Positions 49,701 to 60,000 of a stretch of DNA of 64,000 bases are shown here, piece after piece. How positions within the stretch are numbered: position 1 is the first letter of the stretch; each line of letters opens with the position of its first letter. The notes below the pieces were generated by a model. That model did not search any database, had not been told where the DNA came from, and was given only the letters and a program-made list of their open reading frames with translations. The DNA is from Klebsormidium nitens. Taxonomy: Eukaryota; Plantae; Klebsormidiophyceae. The stretch covers positions 85,669 to 149,668 of the forward strand of contig DF237144.1 of assembly GCA_000708835.1 (NCBI GenBank), read 5' to 3'. Position numbers and translations under genes: made by a program.

Positions 49701-52700
49701 CGTAAGCTGGATACGCTTCTCGGGGTGATCGGGAAAGGGGCAGGGGTTCTTTTAGGCAAGCTGCGCATAGCATATAGGTTCTGCTTTCTGCGTATGGCAA
49801 TGCGCCGTTCGCAGCTTGTTGGCAGGGAGGTCAAAGTAGCAGGATAAGCTGCTAAAGCATTATTATGGGGCGGTCACGTTTGTAAGGTGAGCAAACAACG
49901 GCAGTTGGGAACAAGATAGTTTGCCGTGCTTCTGCAGCTTAGCACTACAGCTCGCCGTAGAAGTTGAGCGTGAAGAAGTCGCGAGAAAATAAAAACAAAC
50001 GCGTGTGGCTGCAATCACGCTGCAAGGACGGTTTTCGCTCGTTTCACCACTGCAATCTTGCTCACATTCTGTGCTTGCAAACTTCAAACCCTAATATCGG
50101 CTCTGCTTCGCGGTTGACGATGATTTCTTCCAGCACCTACCTATTTCTTCAACGTTTCACGACTGACCGGCACATCCACGCACGCATAATATTAATCGCG
50201 ACCGTCAAATCTGCAGGAATACGGCTTGACCGAGCACGAGTCAGTGGTCCACCTGATGTACTTCATCGCGTTTAATGCGCACGGCGCCATCGTCGGCGTG
50301 TGGGCCTCCGTCCTGACGGCGATCGCTCTCTATGGAGGTGAGGCTCCGCTTATGTGCACGAATGCTAAGCTTTCTGTCTTACAGAATTTGGTGCCATGTA
50401 TCTGTACCTTTCAGACTACCGAGGGCCGTAAAAGAAGCTACTGGAAAGCCCGCTGATTAGAAGGGATTCGGCTTTGTGAGCTGAGCAACAATCTCATCAG
50501 CGGGGTCGACTCGCAACGCTTCTGATAAGGGACGAAAAACGAGACACTTTGGGGTAAGAGCAGGCTAGCCAGGCACGTGCCTCGTGGCAAGAATCCAATA
50601 CGGACGTCATATTCAGCAAATAACCGGAAGAACGAGATTACCACGTTAGCTCGCCCTTGAGTCACTGCTGTCTTGCCATGGGGTTAGCTCGCCCTCGAGT
50701 TACTGCTGACCTGCCGCTGCTTGAAGCGGCCAGCAGGTCTTGACCAAATCTTAGCCGCAAACCTCAGACAGGGGCGTGCTGCATGGATCAACTACGGAGT
50801 TGGCGAGCTGACCCACAAGGTAATCGTAAATCTGCCGCTTCTGACCGGGTTATCCTCGTAACAAAATCCTTAGCCAGAATCGTCTTCATCCCGTTTCCAG
50901 GCAAACCACTCATGGCAAAGCTGTCCGAAGAGGTGCGTTCCGCGGCGGCCCAGTACGGGAACGGCGAGCTAACCCATGAGGTTATCGCTAAACTGCCACT
51001 CCTCGACTCGGTCATCTACGAGACGCTGCGGACTCAGCCCCCCATTGCAGTGCAGGTAAAGAATTGAGTTTGCAGAAAGGCCAGCTTGCGAAAATGTAGC
51101 TTTGAGGATGGTCGTTTTGTTGGGGCTGTTGGACTGGTTGCTGGCTTCTAGATCCCCACCGATGCTCCTCAACAAAGCTGGAAGTTTAGGGTTATAGTCA
51201 TATCCTAATGAATGAGGCGATCTTAGAGCACAACGTTACTTGAGTTTTGCGCTCATCACGCTCGTTGGGCTGCGGCAGATGACGTCTTTTTATTCCAGTT
51301 TCGAAAACCCTGCTGATTCTTCATTGAAGACGTTCGACTTTATAGGCTCTCCTTCCTTCTCAGAGAGCGGAGAGAAAGCGAATCGAACTGGAGCTTGTGT
51401 TTTGGTTGCTTGGAAAGGTTTCTTAGAACAGACTACGCACAGACGCCAGGACGTTTTACATGTATCACTCACGGAGGAGCACGCTCGCGCTCATAAGGAC
51501 GTCATCGTTGTCTCACGACGCCAGTACACGATCCCTAAAAGCAAGGGCACTGCCAGCCACATACATGCTAATTGCACGAGATATAGCAGACAAAGTGGGA
51601 GCTCTAAGAACAAAACCTCAAAACCCTGGAGAACCGGAGGCCTTAGAAAGAATGAACGCGAGTGCAGTACTCGAGAGTCCTGGCTCGTGATTGCTGGATA
51701 CTTTTTCACACGAGTAGAGAATGATTGAAACCTAGACTCGATAAACTCTTTTTTCAAAACTCTGATTTCCGAAGTACCGTTTCACTTCGTGCAGCACGGC
51801 TCAGTCTCGCCGGGACAGCATTGTCGAGGTCCACGACGCCCTCTCCCCAATCCCCAAAGGCCAGGTCGTTGCCGGGCCCTTAGGATCTATCCACGGAAAG
51901 ACAGCAACCCGAAGCCGAACCCGAAATATAAGTGAATATCTAAGAGCAAGTGAACTTTCTATGCAGCACGCTCGTGCTCGCGAAGACATTATCGTCGAGT
52001 CCCACGACGCCCTGTACACGAACCCCAAGGGCCAGCTCATTGCCGGCCACTTCCAAGTCGCACGAAAAGACAAAACCGAGGCCGAAACCAGAATTCAAAA
52101 CCCAAAACTTCAAATAGAATGAAAACTTCCTGTGCAGCACGCTCGCGCTCGTGAAGACATTATCGTCGAGTCCCACGACGCCCTGTACACGATCCGAAGG
52201 AGCAGGTCATTTCTGTGCACTTCTCAATCCCAACCAAAGACAATGACCGAGGCCGAATCCAAAATGAAATCCCAAAATCTCGAACAAAACGAAACTTTCT
52301 GTGCAGTACGCTCGAGCTCGTGAGGACATTACCGTCGAGTCCCCCGACGCCCTGTGCACAACACCCAAGGGCCAAATCATTGCTGGGCTCTTAAATGTCT
52401 ATTCACCGAAAAACAACAACCCGAACCCGAACCCGAACCGTCAAACCTGCAAGATTGAATGTCTAAAAGCAATTGAACCTTCTATGCAGCACGCTCGCGC
52501 CCGCGAAGACATCATCGTCGAGTCCCACGACGCCCTGTACACAATCCCCAAGGGCCAGGTCATCGCGGGCCACGCATACTGGCCGCAACGCGACCCCGCT
52601 ATTTTCGACGAGCCAGACAAGTTCATCCCCGAACGCTTCATGGGCAAGGGAGAAGGGCTGCTGCGCTACCTGCTGTGGTCGAATGGGCGGCAGACTGAGG

Positions 52701-54145
52701 AGGCGGTAGTGACCAACAAGCAGTGCCCTGGGAAAGACTTCGTTCCTGAGGGAACCAAGGTGGGTTAGATTGGAACGTTGAGAGTTTGACCCGGTTTTGG
52801 GACTTGGGTCATGGGCTTCGCCTGCCTGTGTGGTCGAACGGGCGGCAGATCGAAGAAGCGGCAGTGACTGGCAGGCAGTGCCCCGAAAAAGACTTCGTTC
52901 GTGAAGGAACCAAGGTGAGTTAAAGTGCAAATATGAGGATCGACCCAGATTTTGAATTTAGAACTTTGGGTTTTGCATACTCTGCACTGCTGTGGTTAAG
53001 CGCGCGTCAGAACGAAGAGGCGTTAATGTCCAACAAACAGTGCCCGGGGAAGGACTTCGTCCCTGAGGGAAGCAAGGTGGGTTAAATCGTAGCATTTGGA
53101 AGTTTGACCCACTTTTGGCAACAGCCTATGGGTTTCCGCTGCCTGCTGTGGTCAACAGGGCGTCAGAACGAAGACGCGGCGGCGACGGACAAGCCGTGCC
53201 CGAAGGTGCACTGGTATTTAGAAGTGGTTCCCGGATGGAGTTTTTGGTGATTGCAATAATTTTTTGGCGAATCGTTTGTCGATGGCACCGCCTCTAAAAA
53301 CGCATGTAGAGGAAAGCTGGACACGTTGTCAGAACGGGTGGAAGGAGAACGCCGACTGCAGTTCGTAGACCCCCACACAGCTTGGGACCCAATGCGCGCG
53401 CAAACGGTACGTACTGCTTCAGGTTTGACCCGTTGGTTCGACTTCTGCGGGCGACTTACAGGCCTAGTATCGATATGCTAGGTCGCCAGCTTCTGGCATG
53501 CTAAACCGCCCCAGCGGTGATGTTACCAGACCAGTGTTCGCTCAAAGAGTACCAAGCGATGCGGGGATCCAGGACTGCAAACTGCGGTCCACGTTCTCCT
53601 TCCACGCGTTCTGTCAGCGTCGCCTCAGTTCAAAGGGGAAGCTGCACTCCGCCTCAATCGCAGCCCGGAATGCTCCCGGCCATTACCCTTTCTGACCCAT
53701 TCGTCTTTCCCGGGTCACCTCTTTCTAAGATAGGAAGGCACTTCCCTCACACCTGAAATCCTTCGTTTTTCGGCTAACTCACAGCAAAACCTCAAGAAAG
53801 GAAGAATGTCCTCTCCTTCTTTTGGAACTCTTATAGCGAGCACTCAACCTGGCTTTCTTTCTTTGTTACGTACCTCCCAAAATCAACCCAACGGCCTCCT
53901 AAAGGAAGTACTTATCGATAGATCCTCCTCTCCCTTTGAACTCCTAGTGCGAACACTAAAATCGCATCTGCTTTTCCATGTGACCCCCCCAGATCTTCCT
54001 GGCCAACTTGTTTCTGCGGTACAAGGCCTACGAGCTCTCGGGCGACGTCGGCTGGAGCACCGTGAAAGTCGTCCCGGGGCCGGGGCTGAAAGAAATGAAA
54101 CTCGGCACCCAAAAGCTGCTCTTCAAGAGCCTCCAACGTGCCTAG
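43774..54145 (+). CDS. CYP74: CYP74 cytochrome P450, allene oxide synthase-like, probable plastid transit peptide, 584 aa
   Basis: Exons 43774-44225, 45831-45933, 47007-47216, 47760-47868, 49224-49405, 50217-50337, 50901-51055, 52490-52759, 53993-54145; total 1755 nt, in frame. CYP74 motifs IPGSYGIPFFGP, KKDLFFG..RILAYLDP.E, FNAHG, ETLRTQPP, ESHDA, LLWSNGRQTE...NKQCPGKDFV. Confidence 0.93.
46455..47006 (+). repeat. Four acceptor echoes of CYP74 exon 3
   Basis: gcag|gtggacaagaaggacctgttcttc copies starting at 46621, 46751, 46880, plus a weaker one near 46465; functional start at 47007. Confidence 0.92.
47970..48360 (+). repeat. Donor echoes of CYP74 exon 4
   Basis: ctggtcaag...atcctccc..atggcgg.caca|gtaag copies near 48035, 48198 and about 48350. 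Confidence 0.8.
48630..49223 (+). repeat. Five acceptor echoes of CYP74 exon 5
   Basis: aaatgcag|tcgc...gggccccagctt copies at 48646, 48770, 48894 (AG mutated), 48977, 49100; functional start at 49224. Confidence 0.88.
49455..49770 (+). repeat. Donor echoes of CYP74 exon 5
   Basis: aagctggatacgctc...cggcaag|gtgag copies near 49525 and 49648, with a truncated third near 49705-49760. Confidence 0.8.
51470..52489 (+). repeat. Six acceptor echoes of CYP74 exon 8
   Basis: tgcag|cacgctcg.gc.cg.gaagacat.atcgtcgagtcccacgacgcc copies at 51480, 51668, 51795, 51967, 52138, 52307; functional start at 52490. Confidence 0.9.
52815..53230 (+). repeat. Donor echoes of CYP74 exon 8 (heme-Cys motif)
   Basis: ctgtggtcgaa.gggcg.cag...cagtgccc.gg.aa.gacttcgt.c.tga.gga.c.aag|gtg copies near 52915 and 53077, plus a decayed one near 53210. 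Confidence 0.85.
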
Positions 54146-54628
54146 GCAATGCGTTTGAATGATACTCCAATTCCAACGCCATGTTCTTCACGATACCCAA
54201 GGCGTTGGCTTGCGGCTTGTGAGTTGCGTTACGTTGACTTTGGGAGTAGCTTGCGAGCACGGAGCCGGTATGGCTTGATTTAGCCGCGCACGTTTTGTGT
54301 ATACTTGTACGTAATAAGTGATTGCCAGCCGAGTGGAAGCCCGGGCTTTTGATTGGTGCCCAACATAGATAAATAGCAAGAGAGATGTGTGTGTGTTTTG
54401 GTTTGCAGACAAGGGTAGTACCCGGATTCGCCTTCATCTGCATAATTCTGGTCAAAAGTACGCTTAGTAAAGGCGCCGTGTTTTCTTGGCCGGCACATCC
54501 TTTGTATGTATCTATTACCTAATTACTAGCGCTCATAAAAGTACTTATTGACAGGCCATAATACGTTAACGGTCATTTAACATAGCTGAGTAAAGTTGAC
54601 CCTTTTGATTAAATCATAAGATCTAGAG

Positions 54629-54675
54629 ACTTCGGCCACCCACACATTCGGCCACCCACACTTCGGCCACCACAC
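54629..54675. repeat. TTCGGCCACC(C)ACAC tandem x3
   Basis: cttcggccacccacacattcggccacccacacttcggccaccacac. Confidence 0.7.
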
Positions 54676-56849
54676 GAACCCTGACAGTCCGGCCTTAAAT
54701 CAATGATGAAATCACTACGGTTCTAGAGTCCGTCCAACTCCGATCGATCGAGTGAACTTGAGCTAGGGTCAGTCAAAGTACATGGCATCTGCTTTGAACA
54801 CGTCACGTCGGAGAGTCCGGGTCACGCACGTACAAGAGGGCCAATTGGATGAGGATATGTGATATTTGTCAACACCGAGGCCTCCACTCTCGGTCTGCCA
54901 TGTACACTGTCAGTGTCGACCGAGTGACTGACATTTGCCCGCAGCCATTTAACCGTCAGTTGCGTGCCCGCCGCCAGCCAGCTCATCACAGCGCTGCAAC
55001 GATGCAGTGACTGCATGTGCATGCGCCGCCATCATGATGAACATGGAGTATGGTATGTTATAGAGCCATCATGCATGGCATACCAACGGCTTGTAATCGA
55101 TTAATTGTTGGCAATCCGATCATTACTTAGTGCAATCCGATCCTAGTTTGAACAACATCATCTATGATTGGTGTACTATGGCCAAGCACTGAGTGAGTGC
55201 CGCAGTGCAACGTACATGAAATTATGCCAACAGATCGACCAGGCATTATAGGTTTAATTGCAAAGCTAGATTGACTAACACACGTGTAGCATACTCAAAT
55301 TCGGCAGAGTAGCTACCAAGGCCCGTTCACAAGAGGCTCAAACACATTGATTGTATGGCGGCCGGCCAGGGAAGCCTTAGTTGCACAGTATAGCCCAGAT
55401 CTGGCTACGGCGTTTTGAAACGAAAACATCATACAGTGCAGTGCATACATGCCAGGAATCCATATATCCGATAGCATGAGCAATCACGACGTGTACATTC
55501 CGAGGCGCTCAGAATATCGATCGAATTGTTACACATAAATTAAGCGTGGTCAGAGTGACATGCTGATTATCTAACAGCAGTATGGCATTGTGAATACCGG
55601 TAATATGGTATGGCATAATATGACTGTCTGGACATTACCGTCGTATTTTATAACACGACGGTCGTCATCATAAGCATTAATCCAATGAAACGCTCAAATC
55701 AAGTTCCAATCGAAAGCTGACACTGAAAGTTGACACTGAGATTAATGCATGATTGAATGGAATAAATCCAGCCAGTCAAGCTAGTCGGCTACGTACATGG
55801 TCCGACGGTCACATATGGATATGACGGTCCACATGGCATGATACAGTCGAGGTAAAATATGGTGCAAAATTGAGGATTATACCCGGATTATACCAACCAC
55901 TACCGTCAACTTAGTTAGCTAGCTGCCGGCCCCGCGTAAGTTGGCAAAATCACGCTACGTGTGTGGGCCATGGCTTGGCGCAGGGCCGTGTCGCGCCCCG
56001 CATATACTTTCAACGTACACGTCACATGTACAAGATACCGGCCGCGAGCCCACATATCACTCAACAAATGGATATGCATGTCTTAATTTGACTCACAACT
56101 GATCGCGAGTTACTCCACAGTCAGCAATCTTAAGGTGGACTAAGGAGTTGACAAATAAGTCAGCCTGCAGTTAGATGTGCACCGCGGACATGCACTGCAT
56201 GCGCCACACAACAACCGCAACGTACTCAGAACGCTACTTGAAGACCTCAACTTGACACAAACGAAACAAAAACACAACGTTCTCTAAGTTGGCACCGCGG
56301 CAAGCGGAATGTTTTGTGTTGGGCTCTGAATGACTAAATGGTATGCTGCGCGTGCATGCGAACTACCTAGATTCAACACCTTTTGTTAAAGTGCCGCTCG
56401 GCACGTGGCGCGGTAGCTCATATCCAAGGGATTGGCTCACACGAACTCAACTCGTGTCCTATACCTGTCCGGTCGACGCTTGGTGGGCGTAACAGACTCT
56501 TTGACGACCTCACCAAAAGCTCTGTAGCAAATGCTGGTCGAACTAACCTATGCGTTAATCCAGGTCCGGGTTTGTTAGTGCCGCTTTTAACCGAGATGCG
56601 CATCTCGCTTCGCTTGGTGGGCCCAACAAGCTCACGTTCAACGCCGTCCCGTCGCGCTTCGCATATTCTCTTCCCCCCGCCTCAATGACCGGCCCAACTT
56701 TTAACCCCCCCCCTTTCAAACCCGACGGGAGTGGGGGTTAAAATAACGTCGCCTGCCCTGAAGGACCGCTACCAATCTCCAGCCAAAAGTTGCCCCCCTT
56801 TCCGGCTGGCGCAATAACCCCCCCCCCCCGGCCAAAACGCCGAACCTTT

Positions 56850-57045
56850 CACCGCAGCACATAAGTTTGCTCCGCCAGTTCCGACCACAACCGCCGGCAA
56901 CCCTCCCCTTCGCCGCAGCATAAGATATGCGCATCGCTCAGCGTTTGCCAACCCCATACGCCGGCAGCCCCTTCCCTATACCGCGGCATAAGGTATGCGA
57001 AGCGCTCCCGCGTTTGCCACCACATACGCGGGCAGCCCCCCCTCT
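56850..57045 (-). repeat. Three echoes of the GT17 C-terminal coding end, downstream of the stop codon
   Basis: ccgc(g/a)gcata anchor at 57049 (functional), 56981, 56913, 56852; spacings 68, 68, 61. Confidence 0.88.
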
Positions 57046-60000
57046 TCACCGCGGCATAAGGTATGCGAAGCGCTCCGCGTTTGCCACCACATACGCGGGC
57101 AGCCCCTTCCAGGTTCTCGTCCGCTTCCAGAGCCCAAAGTGACAACTCTCGATTTCGTCCATCAGAATATCCGGGTCTTTCTGGTCGGACCCGATCTCGT
57201 CGGCGTGTGAATACTCCGACAGCTTGCCAATGATTGTGCTGACGTCCATGCAGGAACTGCAGTGCCAACCCGAGCACTTGATGACGTTTGTCCCGTGACC
57301 GCGCAACTCCCACCGCAGCTGGTTCCCGTTTTCGTGGAAGGGGGGTTCTCGCGAGCGGACGAGTCGACCGGTCGTTGCTGCAGGATTAAGGGCAGGGGCG
57401 GGTTAATTCGAGTCTATCAACATTCAAGATCACAACGTAACGATCCCAAACCGTAAAATCCCCCGACGTTGCTGGTTGTTCTTTTCGTGAAAGGCCGGCT
57501 TGCGCGGACAGACGAATTGGCCGAGGGTCGCTGCAGAAAAGGCAAAGAAATGAACGTAAGACAATCGGCCTTCGGAAAGTAGGAATGTCAGGAAAACGCA
57601 GACGAAAACAAGGAGAACGAGCACTGCGCAACTCCCACCGGAGCTGCTTGTCAAACTTCGTGGACGGGGGTTTCTCGCGAGCGGACCGGTTGCGGCTGCA
57701 GAGTCGGAAAAACAAGTGGCATTATTTGGTGAACGAGTTGAATCAAAACGGGGGTAGTTCTAGGTAAGTGGTAGGGCGAGATGGGTATAACTTCGAATCG
57801 TGAGTGCTTCCGAAAGAGCTAGTTCCGTGTGCGTGGAGGGCAGCTCGCGCGATTGCACCAGGCGGCCGGTCGTAGAGTAGGGAACGTTAATAAGGGCCTC
57901 TCAGACGACCTACGAAAGTGTCCGGAACCGCTAGTGAAGATGAAATGAAAAACGTAGCCACCGAAGCTCCTGGGCTGATTCATGAAAGGGAGGTCCTCAC
58001 AAGCGGACGAGCCGACTAGTGGTGACCTCGTTTCGTGGTAACGGAAACTACTTGAATCCAGGATTTAGCAAAGTGGAAGAGTTAGAGTGGTACACAGATG
58101 TCAAGTTTGGACCTGGATCTGTTTACTACATCGTCATCTGCTGATTCCTTCGTAAGCAGACTGGATCTCAAATAGATAGGATCCCCTAGTATATAGTAGG
58201 AGAGGAAACCCACTGACTGTCTCTGCCTTTCTGGACACTTGTGTGGTTCGTCCAGAACAGCAGCAATTGCAATCGTAAAATAAAAGATAGTAGGGACGGG
58301 CACAGAGCAGATTCCTTAATCTAGAAGGACAAAACATCCCACGGTCGGCTCCACGCCCACTGATCCTTTTGGTTCAGCTTTCGATCACGGCATCCAACAT
58401 TCGTCCGATCAGGCTTCTTCAGATTCTCAGTAGAAACATTGTCCAGAAGCAGACAACAGAAACAAAAATGAGGAGTCAAAATGCGAGACGGTAAGGAAAA
58501 GCACGCAGAAGTAATCTTACCAACAGTCCCCGCCCACTGATCCTTCCCGTACAGCTTCCGATCCAGGCACCCGAAGTTCGTCCGGTACAGCGGCATCTGC
58601 ATGACGACCGGAAACTGCGCCGTTTCGAAGCGCACGACTTTCTCGACGGTCGCTCGGGAGGGCATCTCGTCGAGATCGCCATACAGGATGACGTCGTCGT
58701 CGCGGGAAACGTCGAGGATGGAGTCGAGCGCCACGTTGCGCATGTGGGCCTCGCGCTTCCACGGGCTGGTTTCCTGCGAGGTTAAAAGCGGGGTTAAGAG
58801 CATGGATAGCGACCACAGTTGAGCAGGGGTGATGTCGATCTAAAAATGGTGCATATGATGACGTCATCATTGCACGGGATACGTCGGGATAGGAGTCGAG
58901 CGCCACATAGGGTATGTGGGCTTTGCGCTACCAGGGGCTGGTCTTCTGTGGTGGTAGTTAAAGATTGCCGTGCAGATTAGGTTCTGAAATGTTTGTACCT
59001 CAATTTTTTTGTTGACGTGCTAGAACGACTGAGGAGAGAAGCGGGCACATTGCTTACGTGCGAGTAGCAGCCTTAGAAACTCCTTTTGTATGGGGACCGA
59101 GAGATCGATTTGCAAAGGCATCCGAGAAAGGTTGTGATAACCGGAAGTAATGACATCGTCGCTTTGATATGTCCAGTATGGAGGTGGGCGCCAGCACTAT
59201 GTCTTCCGACCTTATCAGTTTCGCGGAGTTTCCGAGGGAGTGTCAGGGCAGGTTTGAGGAAGATCAAGAACGAGACAATCTCTCGGTTTCCAGCCTTCCG
59301 CAATCCGTCAAGGTGACTATGGGCGGGAATGCGATGTTAGGCCATTCGAAGTTAAATCCCGGTTCCGGTCCCCGAAAAGAATAATGAATATTGTCGGCCT
59401 TTGGCCCCAAATTTGTCGAATTTGGCTCAAAAATCTGCAACGTCCGGGCCAGATTTTGGGTTTTGCCCCCGAAATACTACATTTTCTGAACATACTAGCA
59501 TAAAACCAACTAATTTTCCCCCCGATCGACCGACCCAGCCAAAAGGGGGGTGGACCGGAAACCGGGAATCAGCTTCGACCTGCCTTATTGGTGTCAAAAG
59601 TGCCTTGCCAAACAGCCCGACCAGCACCGGAAGATTACTAAGGATCATTGAGGGCGAAGCTCAATTCTTCAGGGTGAAAGTGTCAAGCCTGATTCAGCTC
59701 TAGAGACAACGTTTCCAAGTAGGAGAAGCTGAGGACGAGTCCGATAATGGTCCGAACTTAGACAGTTCAATCTTTGGTAGACTGCGCTCTCACCTCTAGG
59801 GGATAGGTCTTCAGGTCGCAAATAACCTGCTTGATCTTGTGCTTATAATCAGCGACGCCCGGAATGCTTATGGGATCGACGAGTTCGACGGTCCGGTTCA
59901 TGAAAGTGATCGGACACTGTACGATGACGAACCAGTCGACGACGCTCTGCAACTCGTGCACTCTGCAAAAAGTGGTCAATGCGTGGTTAAGTGCCTGGAA

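Noticed and set aside
51470-52489. Echo copies as extra real exons or tandem paralogues
   Set aside because: They carry indels and stops and lack the partner splice site. The gene closes in frame, with an uninterrupted CYP74 sequence, without them.
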